This document shows positions 8,887 to 19,182 of a DNA stretch of 55,434 bases, in pieces (within the stretch, counting starts at the first letter, position 1; each line of letters opens with the position of its first letter). Under the pieces are notes generated by a model. It saw only the letters and a program-made list of their open reading frames with translations. It made no database searches and was not told where the DNA came from. The stretch covers positions 1 through 55,434 of the IMG/VR virus record IMGVR_UViG_3300025769_000146. One strand, written 5' to 3'. This DNA is from a virus. Taxonomy: Duplodnaviria; Caudoviricetes. Both the position numbers and the translations under genes were made by a program.

Positions 8887-10250
8887 TCGATCAGATACCT
8901 CAGTCGCGTGAAGCGGAAGAGAGTGTCGTCTGCGCTCTTTTGGCTGACCCAGATTTGGCGAGTGTGGCTACGGCGATCATCCAGCCGTCACACTTCTATT
9001 GGACGAGCCTAGGCCACATCTACGAAGCCATCCTTCAGGTTCTGTCTTCAGGTGGCGCACCAACCCCGGTTGCGATTCACGAAAAGCTGAAGAGCAACGG
9101 GACAGTGGAAGCTGTCGGTGGTATCAACACCTTGGCGGAAATGTACGGCGCTCCTGTTGACTTGAGCGTGGACTATCTCGAAACGCATTGTAAAATCGTA
9201 TCCGATTACGCGGCACTTCGGGCTACGGTCGAGGTTTGCCGCCAGGGTATTGTCAGTGCGACGAGCGGCAACACAGATCAGTCACCCAGAGAGATCATCG
9301 ATTCAATTGAATCGTTAATCCTTGAGGTCCAGGTCGGAGCCAATCACGAACAAACAAGTGCCAGGGCTGCGGATCTCATCTTCGATACAGTCGAGCGATT
9401 GGAGCGTTATGAGCCATCACGCAACGGTATCACTGGAATCGGTACGGGGTTCCGTGACCTAGATCGAATGACGGGTGGATTGCAGCCAGGCCAATTGTTG
9501 ATCGTTGCTGGGCGTCCTTCGATGGGCAAGACGGCTTTTGCGTTGAATGTTGCGATGAATGTGGCGCGGGGTAAGGACCATGGCGAAGTAGCTGTTTTCA
9601 GCCTCGAAATGGATACGGACAGTCTTATGGAGAGGCTGTTGTCCGCAGAGGCAATGGTGTCTGCTCATCAATGGCGGCGTGGTGCAATGACACCAGAGGA
9701 AATCAAACGGGTTAACGTGGGAGCAAGCTCCATCAGTGCCTCGACGTTGTGGATTGATGACCATGCCACCCAGACCGTGCTCGACATACGATCTAAGTGT
9801 CGTCGGCTCAAGGCGTCCCCCAGGGGCTTGAAGCTGGTCTTGATTGACTACCTTCAGCTTCTTAGACCAGTTAGTGGATCTTCAAGCCGCTCACGGGAAC
9901 AAGAGGTTGCTCAGATGAGCCTCGCGCTGAAAGGGCTCGCTCGAGAACTTAGAGTGCCCGTCATCTGCCTATCACAGTTGTCGCGTTCTCCAGAGCAACG
10001 GCAGGACAAGCGCCCCATGCTTTCAGACCTACGCGAGTCTGGCTCCATAGAACAGGACGCCGACTTGGTGGCTTTTCTGTTCCGGCCAGAGTACTATTTC
10101 CGTGACGATCCGGCGCTTGAAGGTGCTGCGGAACTAATCCTAGCCAAGCAGAGGAACGGGCCAACGGGTTCGATACCACTCTATTGGCATCGGGGGTACA
10201 CGCGCTTCGATGACGCGGAACACGCGCAAGAAGAAAGATTCGCCTACTAA
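8883..10250 (+). CDS. dnaB: Replicative DNA helicase DnaB
   Basis: PQSREAEESV, GRPSMGKT, FSLEM, IDYLQL, LSQLSR, DLRESGSIEQDAD and KQRNGPTG; TTG start at 8883. Confidence 0.97.
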   Translation: MIDQIPQSREAEESVVCALLADPDLASVATAIIQPSHFYWTSLGHIYEAILQVLSSGGAPTPVAIHEKLKSNGTVEAVGGINTLAEMYGAPVDLSVDYLETHCKIVSDYAALRATVEVCRQGIVSATSGNTDQSPREIIDSIESLILEVQVGANHEQTSARAADLIFDTVERLERYEPSRNGITGIGTGFRDLDRMTGGLQPGQLLIVAGRPSMGKTAFALNVAMNVARGKDHGEVAVFSLEMDTDSLMERLLSAEAMVSAHQWRRGAMTPEEIKRVNVGASSISASTLWIDDHATQTVLDIRSKCRRLKASPRGLKLVLIDYLQLLRPVSGSSSRSREQEVAQMSLALKGLARELRVPVICLSQLSRSPEQRQDKRPMLSDLRESGSIEQDADLVAFLFRPEYYFRDDPALEGAAELILAKQRNGPTGSIPLYWHRGYTRFDDAEHAQEERFAY

Positions 10251-10701
10251 GCTCGTCCTGCGACTCCCAGAACCTCCTAGCATGAACGCCATGTTGGATA
10301 TGGCGAAGAAGCGCACTAAGCGCGGCAGGGATGGCGGTTGGATGAAGCGAGCACTACCGATTGTGTACGACAACGCTCGCTACGCATACCAACGTGAATG
10401 TCTGCGGGAAGCTATGGCGCAGGGAATCCGGCCCCCAGAAGAGCCGTGGAAATACTGGCATCTGGAGTACGCCGGGTTTCGCCTACACGCCCTTCGGGAT
10501 CCCATTGAGTTGGCGGCTGGCTTGAAGTGGGCTTGCGACTTTCTAGTGAAAGAAGGTTTCGTAAGTGACGACTCGCCTCGGGAGCTTCACACTCCAACAG
10601 AATGGCCTCATCAGCGTATTGATCGTAAAAACCGTGGCCTAGACCTAATTATTCGCAAAAAGAGCCAAAAGCCTCGGAAGCGGCGGTGCCGAATGTTGTA
10701 G
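10210..10701 (+). CDS. RusA-like Holliday junction resolvase (divergent)
   Basis: LPEPPSMN...RDPIELAAGLKWACDFLVKEGFVSDDS follows the RusA pattern; position after the helicase. Confidence 0.6.
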   Translation: MTRNTRKKKDSPTKLVLRLPEPPSMNAMLDMAKKRTKRGRDGGWMKRALPIVYDNARYAYQRECLREAMAQGIRPPEEPWKYWHLEYAGFRLHALRDPIELAAGLKWACDFLVKEGFVSDDSPRELHTPTEWPHQRIDRKNRGLDLIIRKKSQKPRKRRCRML

Positions 10702-10707
10702 TTCAGA

Positions 10708-10735
10708 TTGATCCAGTGTTTCTGGCGCGTATTAT
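10708..10735 (+). promoter_or_regulatory. Putative sigma70-like promoter of the second virion-protein block
   Basis: TTGATC-N16-TATTAT upstream of 10792. Confidence 0.4.
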
Positions 10736-10791
10736 TGGAGAATCCGTGCCACCTCCCGTGGCGGTGCATCCACGTCTGACGCGAAGAAATA

Positions 10792-12750
10792 ATGGCTATC
10801 GGTGACGATTTTTCAGTAGCAGTGAACGGCGACATTCGCCACGTCTCAGGGACGACGACCTACACGGTCCTTGAGTTCCACCGTTGGCTGCAAGACCTCG
10901 CCGACGACGCCGTAGCATCCGGCAACGATCTGGTGGACATTAGCAGCCAGACGCCATCCGAACGCGCCACGGACAACATCATCACGCTCCTCGCTCCCGG
11001 TGGCGGCGTCATCTACAACATTGACGACACCGCCGCTGAGTACATCTACGACGGTTCAATCACCCAGAACGACGGGGATACCGTGTACTCTGGGCTGGTC
11101 GTCGTCGGATCGGTCGAGGCCGGTACCAACCTCCAAATCGTACAGGACAACGCGCTCCTGACGAATTACTGGGGGGCCGGCCTGAACGCCGACGCAGCGC
11201 AGAACATCCTGCTGCGCATTATGGTCAAGACCCGCGTCAACGGTGCCGACATCGACGGCAAGAAGGTGCGCGTACAGGCGCGTGAGTTCGGTGACACTTA
11301 CTCGGAGTTTGAGTCCACACTCGGTGTGGGTAACTCGACGGCGGCTATCTTTACCTCCAACGACCTAAACAACGAGACGGTTGTCGGTACCGTTGCGACG
11401 TACGATCAGTTCACCAACACCGAAGGCTATCAACTCTTTGATGTCACTGGCGATGGCACTGATGAGGAGTATTACTCAAAGTGGACGTGGGGAGCGGGTA
11501 CAACCCCAGCCTCGCCGGTTATTAACGACCTGTACGAGTGGACGAAATACACCCAGCGGCGTGGGAGCTCAACCAACCTTCACGGAATCAATGGCGAGCT
11601 TTTCCGTGGCATCACGCACCAGTGGGCATACCAAAACGAAAGCGGCACGGGGTTCATCGAAGACGAGACAGTCGTCTGGGGGACGAAGTTCTCCTACGAC
11701 GGTGAGGCCGGTGCGACATCGTGGACCGTCGGCGAGTACCTTGCCATCGGCACTGCGGTCGGCAAGCTGCTCTACGTTGATGACCAAGGCACAACCGGCA
11801 CGATGGTGGTTGCTGTCGAAAACGGTGCGACCCTTTCCGACAATGACGCCATCAGTCAGCTAGACGGCGGCGACATGACTGCCGACGTGTTCGGTACCCC
11901 TACCGGCAACGGCAACACCGGGGGGTCGGGCGTGTTGCTGGCCCTGGACGACAACGGTACCACCGGCATCCAGTGGATTCAGTTGACATATGGATTGCCC
12001 CCCGCCAACACCTACGAGATTACGGGCCGCACCAACGGAACGACCGCCGACGTAAACGGCAGCGTGACAACGCGCACAGTCTCTCCAGAGTATCTTGGAA
12101 CTTCGACGGGTGCTGCGCTCATCGGCTCGTTTGGTGTTGGCGTAGACCCGACAAAGCTCCTCGTCACCGACAAGCTGTTCGACCTCACTAACACTCAGCG
12201 TACGCCTCCTAACAACGTCACGTTCGAGGTACTTGGTCTTGTTTCTGGGGAGGATCGGGTGCTTGTTGGGCCGCGCACCGGCTCGGCGCTCAACCTCGGG
12301 CAGTTCACGATTGCCACCACGGCCCTGACGACTGCCAACATCACGTCGGTGGAGGTTAACACCACGATCCCATCGGATACGCCTTCCTCTGGTACGATTC
12401 GCGTTGCGGACAACGATGGCGTGTATCGCCGCCTGGTTTACACCTCGTACACTGGGGCAACGTTCACCATTGACCCCACCGCGTCGGAGGCCGCAGTCCC
12501 GAATGTCGCGGACTTCGATGTCACGAACGCCAGTATCGGCAACAACGTCTTCATCAGCTACATCGACGCCCTAGCCACCTCAACGTCAGAGACTTTCACG
12601 TCAGTCTACAGCAGCGACCGCGCTCTGTTTATTCGAGTTCGCGATGGTGGCACGGCTGGCGACAATATTGGCATCAAGACTTTTGAAACGAGCGGAACCC
12701 TTTTCTCGACGGGTGGATCTACGACTGCGATCCGCACCTCTGATGCGTAA
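10792..12750 (+). CDS. Putative virion structural protein (652 aa, T/G/D-rich)
   Basis: Long ORF with strong codon bias and beta-rich structural composition; N-terminus TYTVLEFHRWLQDLADD. Confidence 0.7.
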   Translation: MAIGDDFSVAVNGDIRHVSGTTTYTVLEFHRWLQDLADDAVASGNDLVDISSQTPSERATDNIITLLAPGGGVIYNIDDTAAEYIYDGSITQNDGDTVYSGLVVVGSVEAGTNLQIVQDNALLTNYWGAGLNADAAQNILLRIMVKTRVNGADIDGKKVRVQAREFGDTYSEFESTLGVGNSTAAIFTSNDLNNETVVGTVATYDQFTNTEGYQLFDVTGDGTDEEYYSKWTWGAGTTPASPVINDLYEWTKYTQRRGSSTNLHGINGELFRGITHQWAYQNESGTGFIEDETVVWGTKFSYDGEAGATSWTVGEYLAIGTAVGKLLYVDDQGTTGTMVVAVENGATLSDNDAISQLDGGDMTADVFGTPTGNGNTGGSGVLLALDDNGTTGIQWIQLTYGLPPANTYEITGRTNGTTADVNGSVTTRTVSPEYLGTSTGAALIGSFGVGVDPTKLLVTDKLFDLTNTQRTPPNNVTFEVLGLVSGEDRVLVGPRTGSALNLGQFTIATTALTTANITSVEVNTTIPSDTPSSGTIRVADNDGVYRRLVYTSYTGATFTIDPTASEAAVPNVADFDVTNASIGNNVFISYIDALATSTSETFTSVYSSDRALFIRVRDGGTAGDNIGIKTFETSGTLFSTGGSTTAIRTSDA

Positions 12751-12761
12751 GGATGGCCTAG

Positions 12762-13175
12762 ATGAGTATCGATGTCGCTGATCGGCGCTATCCAGATGTC
12801 ACGTTCAATCGGCTTCACGTTTCTCAATTTGTTTACTCTGCGCCTTCAAGTCCTGACCAACCTATACGAGGCGTCAAGGCGACTGCCAAACTAGTCGGCG
12901 TCGGGGAAGATGGAAAAAACGAATATCTGCCTGAGTCGTTGCGATTCATTTCTCAGAACTTCGATGAAGACGCGGTAGCATTTGCGATTAAGAAGGGCGA
13001 AGCGCAAGACGCAGCGGAGTTTGTCGCCGAAAATGCTGCTCACCTTGCCGCCATCGACGTTCGCCATGAGGCTGGAGAGATCACTCTGGCAGAAGCACAA
13101 GCTTGGTTTGAATATGCCATGGGCCTTTTATTCACGATCAACGGATCGCTGGATGGTTTTGAAGGGGTCAAGTAG
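12762..13175 (+). CDS. Hypothetical protein
   Basis: ORF within the operon. Confidence 0.65.
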   Translation: MSIDVADRRYPDVTFNRLHVSQFVYSAPSSPDQPIRGVKATAKLVGVGEDGKNEYLPESLRFISQNFDEDAVAFAIKKGEAQDAAEFVAENAAHLAAIDVRHEAGEITLAEAQAWFEYAMGLLFTINGSLDGFEGVK

Positions 13176-13177
13176 TA

Positions 13178-14818
13178 ATGACCGCCGTGGCTGTGTCATT
13201 CCAGGGCACGAGGGTAAACGCCTCCGACGCGAATACTAACTGGGGCAACCTTAACTCGACGGGGCCATCGCCGTCAGCAGAGCCGCAGAACCGTTATCAA
13301 GGCTCTAACATCGTCAACAAGCAGATAACCTCTGCGTCGTTCGGCGGCATTGATTACGACCCCGGCACTGGTGCTGTGGATATGACCGCCGCCAATCGTC
13401 CTCTCTGGTTTGTGAAGGCCGTAGTCGCAGACTTTGCGGACCTTGTGGTGGCCGCTGGCGCTAGGGTTTCACTCGGTTCTGCGAACAACGCCTTCTATCA
13501 CTACATTGTCGCGGGAACCAATGCGAATCGGGGACGTTTCGACGAATACCCTCCGCAGGGCGGCTTCCTCATTTTCGGACTCAACCCCAACATCGCAGCA
13601 TGGCGGGAAGGCACAGGGTCTGGTTCACCTAGCCTCACAGCGGTGGACTATTTTGGTTTTGAGGCGGCGTTCCAGAATGGAAACTCGAAGGCAGAAAACG
13701 TCGGACTTGACGCCATCGACATCGGCACGGGCCTCTTGCTGGTCAGTGGCGACGGTGCTGACCCTGACGGCACCTACGCCGACTTCGTGGAGAGCGACCA
13801 AAATACCTCCACCAACCGCTACGGCGTCGTAACGCAAGCCGCTGGTGCAGGGTCACCGATTACCTGCAATGGACGACTCGACATTGGATCAGCTACTGCC
13901 ACTGTCTTCACGTCGGCAGATGAGGTCGTGGTCTACCCTGACGGTTACCACGGGCCAGGTGACCTTGGCGTCCTCGTCGATCTGCAAAATGCCACCTCTG
14001 TGTTTTCGGACGCTTCCACGCATATCGGTCTTGGCTCATCGGCCACCAGCGACACGCGCCCTGACTTTGTGGTGTCTGGGACTAGCGGCACGGCGACGAT
14101 CACGGGCGTCTTGACGAACTTTCGCAACGTCACTCTGACTAGCGCAGTCGATGTTAATGGCGCGACGGTCGGATGTTCTCTTCTGACACAGAGCAGCGCG
14201 GAGATTCAGAACGCCAAGATCGTGACCGACTCCGCTTCTGCTGTGGCTTGCCTGCAAGATCCGACCTTCGGTACGACGACCGGCCTACACGATACGGAGT
14301 TTGAGCAGGCCGGTTCTGGTCACGCGATTGAACTGGATACGGCGACGACCTATAACCTGACCGGCCTCCGCTTCACCGGCTACGGTGCAGACACGACTAA
14401 CGACGCCGCGATCTTCGTTTCAGCCACAAGCGGCACGGTCACAATCAACATCGGCGGCGACAATACCAACACGCCGACGTATCGCTCGGCGGGCGCGTCA
14501 GTCGTAATCAACAATACAAAAACGGTGCGCGTCACGGTGCTAGACGCCGACGATCAGAGCGCGATCTCTGGGGCTCGCGTTTTGTTAGAGGCTGCAAGCG
14601 GCGGCGACCTGGCTGTTGGTACCGACATCCTGTCCGGCACGACCAATGGGTCTGGTGTCATCGAGGACGCGGGTTTTGCCTACACAAATCCGCAACCCGT
14701 CACTGGTCGTGTCCGCTACGCTTCGCCCCCCGGCCCGTATTACAAGACAGGGCAGATCACCGGAACCATTAGCGACACCGGTTTCGACGTGACCGTGCTG
14801 CTAATCCTCGACCAATGA
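13178..14818 (+). CDS. Putative virion structural protein (546 aa) with C-terminal Ig/carboxypeptidase-regulatory-like strand pattern
   Basis: T/G/S/A-rich; VRVTVLDADDQSAISGARV...GTTNGSG. Confidence 0.65.
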   Translation: MTAVAVSFQGTRVNASDANTNWGNLNSTGPSPSAEPQNRYQGSNIVNKQITSASFGGIDYDPGTGAVDMTAANRPLWFVKAVVADFADLVVAAGARVSLGSANNAFYHYIVAGTNANRGRFDEYPPQGGFLIFGLNPNIAAWREGTGSGSPSLTAVDYFGFEAAFQNGNSKAENVGLDAIDIGTGLLLVSGDGADPDGTYADFVESDQNTSTNRYGVVTQAAGAGSPITCNGRLDIGSATATVFTSADEVVVYPDGYHGPGDLGVLVDLQNATSVFSDASTHIGLGSSATSDTRPDFVVSGTSGTATITGVLTNFRNVTLTSAVDVNGATVGCSLLTQSSAEIQNAKIVTDSASAVACLQDPTFGTTTGLHDTEFEQAGSGHAIELDTATTYNLTGLRFTGYGADTTNDAAIFVSATSGTVTINIGGDNTNTPTYRSAGASVVINNTKTVRVTVLDADDQSAISGARVLLEAASGGDLAVGTDILSGTTNGSGVIEDAGFAYTNPQPVTGRVRYASPPGPYYKTGQITGTISDTGFDVTVLLILDQ

Positions 14819-15054
14819 GCCTCAACGACATCACTCCCGAAGAACGGCGCGTGCTTTCGCGGTCTATCGAATACCGCAACTCGGTGTCGCTGGCAGATGC
14901 GATTAGCCGGTTTAAAACTGAGAGCGCGGAGGAGGTCGCCGCCGTAAAGCAGCAGCACGTCGCCTTGCAGCAGCGGGTAGTAGAGCTAGAGGCACGAGTG
15001 CAAGCGTTGGCGGCTGTCGCCTTGGCGAATCGCGGCCCGACGAGTCGGAGTTAG
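14815..15054 (+). CDS. Small coiled-coil protein
   Basis: Heptad pattern LQQRVVELEARVQAL; ATGA overlap. Confidence 0.65.
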   Translation: MSLNDITPEERRVLSRSIEYRNSVSLADAISRFKTESAEEVAAVKQQHVALQQRVVELEARVQALAAVALANRGPTSRS

Positions 15055-15057
15055 GCT

Positions 15058-17790
15058 ATGGCGATCTCAGTGGATTGGGGGCAGAAGATCATTAATGTCC
15101 CGAAGGCCGACACGACGCTTGTTCAGTCTACTCCGACTGAGATTAGGCAGCTTGACCTCGACACGTTTCGCCTGACCCTGAAAGATCTCGAGGACGACGC
15201 GCAAGGGATGCCGTACCTCGACACGCACCGCCACAACACGACGGTTACGGTCGGGGGTGTGACACTTGCTCGCGTCATCGAAATCATCAACGGCTACACG
15301 GTGACTTTCGAGGACGGTCAATATGCGGTCAACCTGGCTGGCGCAAACAGCAACGTCGCGGACGTGACGAACGTCAACCAAGTGTCGATCCGGTCAGCGA
15401 ACTCGGCGGGCCTTCAGGACATCAGCGGCTTCCAAGAACGTCTCGACTATCAAGGCGCTGTGTGGCTTGACTCCATTAACGGCGCACCCGCGACCGCAAT
15501 CGAACATCCTTGGGGGACACCAGCTCAACCCGTAGACAATTTCTCGGACGCTGCCCAACTCTGTGCTGAGTATGGCATCTACGAGATTCGATTTTTCGCG
15601 GGTGGCGTTGCCACCCCGATCACGATTGACGTCGATGTGTCGGATCTCAACATCGTGCCGATCACGTCGGGTCAGCATATTTTCCTTGCCACGGGCAATG
15701 TCGTCAACGGCACACGATTTGAGAGGACGTATCTCTCGGGCACGGCGGGAGGTACAGATCCATTTTACGGTGATTTCGTCGGATTTTTTGGTGGTTTTCA
15801 AAATCTGCGAGGCATCTTCACTGAGAGTCTACTACTCCCTGACCCCGCCGGTTTAGACAACCGCGTTTTCCTGGGCGACGACTTTAGCTGCGTCAATCTT
15901 GCTTCTGGGATTCCCGGTGCGGCTCCCGGCGAGCTTTGCAACTTATTGGCGGCTGCGGACACAAACATCCAAATCATCGGCTACACAGGCGGGTTGGAAA
16001 TCCACAACACGCAAGCCGGTGACGTAGCGAACATTGATTTCAGATCTGGCTATCTGAGACTCAACGCCAGCGTCAGTGGCGGCGACTACGCGGTGCGTGG
16101 TGTTATTGCGCCGATTGACAACCAGGGGACACCGGACAGCCTCGACATCACCGGACTCATAACCTCAGAGGACGCGGAGTTCGCTTCGTATGCCGACGCC
16201 TCAGTCTGGGTGAGCACAGGCTCAGGCACTGCTGGGACTCTGTTCCCGGTGGGCACTTCACGTCAGCCCGTCAGCAACTCAACCGACGCGCAGACCATTG
16301 CAAACGCCAAGGGTCTTTCGACTATTCGCTTGACCGACCATCTGACTCTGGACATCGGCCCAGATCACACCGATATGCTTTTTCAGGGTCGCTCGCCGCG
16401 CACTACCGCGCTAACCATCCCTGCGGGTGCAACGGTGACAGGCGCTGAGTACAGGAATATGCTTCTGACAGGCCCTCTGTCTGGCGGCACCTATATCACA
16501 TCTGTCGCCTTGAAAGGCGTGGACAATTTCGCCGGTCACGCGGAGCGATGCGTGGTGCGTGGCGACCTAGCTGCTGGCCTTTCGTATAGCATGAGAGGGA
16601 ACCTCGCTGGGGGGATCATCATGCTGAACTCGTGCTCGTCCGCAGACGCTTTCAATGTCGGACAACCGGCGATTATCGACTGCAACGGTGACGCGATGAT
16701 CAACGCTCGCGCTTGGTCAGGCGAGATGAAGGTCGTCAACAAGACCGGCACCAAGCCCATGTCCATCGACATGGTAACGGGGACGCTTGAGCTTGACTCG
16801 ACCGTCACGGGTGCCTGTACCATTTACATCACAGGCGTCGGGACGCTAATCGACAACTCAGGGCCGAACGTCAACGTGGTAAACAACTTGATCGACGGCT
16901 CGTTCCAGCAAGATATGAGCTTCGGCGGTGCTGTACACATCGACGCCGTAAACGGCACATCCGGCACCCGCTATCCGCAGGGCACAATGCTCCACCCAGT
17001 GGACAACATCGCTGATGCGCTGACGGTCGCCGCAGAGCACAACATCACGCACCTCCATGCGATGTCGGACCTCACGATAGGCCCGGCCATAACGATGACC
17101 GGCTACACGATCATGGGTGAGGGGATGCGTCGGACGGCGATCACAGTCGATCAAGACGCCACACTGGAAGAGTGTACGATCACGATGGCGTATGTGACGG
17201 GGGTTCTCGATAACGAGTCCTCCCTCGTCAACTGCATGGCTGAGGATCTTGAGATCCGAAACGGCGAGCTTCGCGGCTGTACGCTGATGGGTACAATCAC
17301 GAAAAACACCGTTGGCGGCGGGAACACAACCGCGAGCATCGTGGACTGTTGGTCAGGCGTAGCCGGAGAAAGCACACCAATCCTAGACATGGGTGGCGCC
17401 GGCGGCACTCTATCTATGCGTGGCTATCACGGTGGCATCACCCTCCGCAATAAAACCGGCCTAGAAAGCGCGTCTATCGACCTCGCTAGTGGTCAGGTGA
17501 TTTTGGAATCGACAGTCACCGGGGGCACTGTGGTCGTTCGTGGAGTCGGCAAGCTCCTCGACTCATCGGTCGGCGCGACTGTGATAGACGAACTGATTGA
17601 CGGTCGCCGCCTCACGCTGATCGAAAAGATCACGCGCAACCGGCTGGAGACTGACCCGACCGCTGGCACTCTCACTATCTACGATGACGACGGCCTGACA
17701 CCCCTGGTTACTGCGAACATCTATGAGGATGTCGCGGCGACTCAGCCGTACCAGGGACAAGGTGTTGATCGTCGGGAGCGCCTCCAGTGA
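15058..17790 (+). CDS. Putative fibre/spike-like virion protein (910 aa) with three internal repeats
   Basis: Three units that begin with (G/A)xV(W/H)...GTxxxPVxNxxDA, each followed by beta-helix-like sequence. Confidence 0.7.
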   Translation: MAISVDWGQKIINVPKADTTLVQSTPTEIRQLDLDTFRLTLKDLEDDAQGMPYLDTHRHNTTVTVGGVTLARVIEIINGYTVTFEDGQYAVNLAGANSNVADVTNVNQVSIRSANSAGLQDISGFQERLDYQGAVWLDSINGAPATAIEHPWGTPAQPVDNFSDAAQLCAEYGIYEIRFFAGGVATPITIDVDVSDLNIVPITSGQHIFLATGNVVNGTRFERTYLSGTAGGTDPFYGDFVGFFGGFQNLRGIFTESLLLPDPAGLDNRVFLGDDFSCVNLASGIPGAAPGELCNLLAAADTNIQIIGYTGGLEIHNTQAGDVANIDFRSGYLRLNASVSGGDYAVRGVIAPIDNQGTPDSLDITGLITSEDAEFASYADASVWVSTGSGTAGTLFPVGTSRQPVSNSTDAQTIANAKGLSTIRLTDHLTLDIGPDHTDMLFQGRSPRTTALTIPAGATVTGAEYRNMLLTGPLSGGTYITSVALKGVDNFAGHAERCVVRGDLAAGLSYSMRGNLAGGIIMLNSCSSADAFNVGQPAIIDCNGDAMINARAWSGEMKVVNKTGTKPMSIDMVTGTLELDSTVTGACTIYITGVGTLIDNSGPNVNVVNNLIDGSFQQDMSFGGAVHIDAVNGTSGTRYPQGTMLHPVDNIADALTVAAEHNITHLHAMSDLTIGPAITMTGYTIMGEGMRRTAITVDQDATLEECTITMAYVTGVLDNESSLVNCMAEDLEIRNGELRGCTLMGTITKNTVGGGNTTASIVDCWSGVAGESTPILDMGGAGGTLSMRGYHGGITLRNKTGLESASIDLASGQVILESTVTGGTVVVRGVGKLLDSSVGATVIDELIDGRRLTLIEKITRNRLETDPTAGTLTIYDDDGLTPLVTANIYEDVAATQPYQGQGVDRRERLQ

Positions 17791-17945
17791 TCCCGACATA
17801 CGGGTATGGAAAGGGGTCAAACGCCGGTTCTGTGGCGTGTTTCGGCTACGGAAGACAAAGCCTTATACTAGAGGTGATTGGACGAGCCCACATCTTTGTA
17901 GTTGGGTTTTACCGGAGCTTTGCTGAGAAGGTACTGAAGGCATGA
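17787..17945 (+). CDS. Small hypothetical protein (52 aa)
   Basis: Read by hand: GTGA overlap, MIPTYGYGKGSNAGSVACFGYG...; coupled on both sides. Confidence 0.55.
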   Translation: MIPTYGYGKGSNAGSVACFGYGRQSLILEVIGRAHIFVVGFYRSFAEKVLKA

Positions 17946-18097
17946 CCGAATTAATCATTGTGCCCGTCGTTTACAGCCAAGCGACCATAAAATCGACCGA
18001 CGTATCAACCTTGATGCTTTGTGAAGCCGACTATGTAACCCGTGTGCTGCGTAAGGCACAAAAGGATTCAGCTTCGGTGAGTGAGGTACTGAGATGA
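17942..18097 (+). CDS. Small hypothetical protein (51 aa)
   Basis: Read by hand: ATGA overlaps at both ends; MTELIIVPVVYSQ... Confidence 0.55.
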   Translation: MTELIIVPVVYSQATIKSTDVSTLMLCEADYVTRVLRKAQKDSASVSEVLR

Positions 18098-18453
18098 GTC
18101 ACGAATACGATGCGACTGTGGGCCAGGTCGGCTTTCGCATCATTCTCCAACTTCAGGATCGTGACCCGTTGACGGGCTACAAGTCTGCGGCAAACATATC
18201 GGCGGCGACTACCAAGGAGATCGACCTCAAGCGTCCAGACGGTACGAGCAAGACATACACGGGTGGTAGTGTCACCTTTACGGGTTCGCCAATTGGTGCC
18301 GGTGATGGGACGGACGGCTACATTGAAGCGACGACTATTGCGGGTGACTTTAATCAGTCTGGTATCTACGAGGTAGCGGGTTACATCGTGGACGCTACCA
18401 CAGACGGGCCGACCCAGACGGCAACCATCAATGTCGGACCAAGCCTGAGGTGA
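18094..18453 (+). CDS. BppU N-terminal-like Ig-fold virion protein
   Basis: NISAATTKEIDLKRPDGT...GTDGYIEATTIAGDFNQSGIY pattern. Confidence 0.6.
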   Translation: MSHEYDATVGQVGFRIILQLQDRDPLTGYKSAANISAATTKEIDLKRPDGTSKTYTGGSVTFTGSPIGAGDGTDGYIEATTIAGDFNQSGIYEVAGYIVDATTDGPTQTATINVGPSLR

Positions 18454-18456
18454 TGA

Positions 18457-18795
18457 ATGATGATTTATGCCTCCACTCAAGGTGATGGCGACGGACGCCC
18501 TGTGAGGGTAATCGTTCACCCTTTTGTGCAAACAGTGCTTGGTGTGTGCCTGACGGTGGCGTTGGGTCTTGGGGCTTGGACGACCAGGACGTTGATGGAG
18601 CTAGGCCATCGTATCGCGACCCTTGAGGCTACAGCCGTATCCCAACGTCAGGCATCCCAACTCGTCACGTTGCGCGAGTTCTCTGTTGCGGTAGACCGCC
18701 AAGACGCTTCGTTGATCCGGCTTGAAGAGAAGTTGGACGAAATGATCCAACTGACCGTGCAAGACGATTCAAGGTCGCGCGACAGCGACCGATAA
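18457..18795 (+). CDS. Membrane-anchored coiled-coil protein
   Basis: One TM segment followed by heptads (LIRLEEKLDEMI). Confidence 0.6.
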   Translation: MMIYASTQGDGDGRPVRVIVHPFVQTVLGVCLTVALGLGAWTTRTLMELGHRIATLEATAVSQRQASQLVTLREFSVAVDRQDASLIRLEEKLDEMIQLTVQDDSRSRDSDR

Positions 18796-18858
18796 CTTGC
18801 GGCACTCTCACCATCGCTTGTATCGTTTCTAGCCAAACGAAAACAGGGGAGGTGATCG

Positions 18859-19020
18859 ATGGCAGCACGGAAGCGCGAAGTAGTGGGTACGAAGGAAGGC
18901 GAAGTCCAAAGACTGCTGGATCGTATAGCGAAGGCTGACGACGACAAGAGTTTACTGGGTTACGCTCGCCAGGTGCGCGCCCTCCTGCTCGGTAACGTCT
19001 ACCCACAGGAGCATCCATGA
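18859..19020 (+). CDS. Small hypothetical protein (53 aa)
   Basis: GGAGGTG RBS; MAARKREVVGTKEGEVQRLLD... Confidence 0.55.
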   Translation: MAARKREVVGTKEGEVQRLLDRIAKADDDKSLLGYARQVRALLLGNVYPQEHP

Positions 19021-19119
19021 ACCGTGACGCTTTGCGCGGCTGCTTATTGACGTTTGTCGTGTGTGGACTCTTTTGGGGTTCCGTAATCTGGTTCTTTCTA
19101 CAGGCGTAGACTTACCTCC

Positions 19120-19147
19120 TTGACACCCCCACTTATCGTGCGATCTT
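19120..19147 (+). promoter_or_regulatory. Putative sigma70 promoter
   Basis: TTGACA-N16-GATCTT with TG extension, upstream of GGAGGT-ATG at 19183. Confidence 0.4.
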
Positions 19148-19182
19148 GATGGACACAATTGATTGCACCATGGGAGGTGGCA

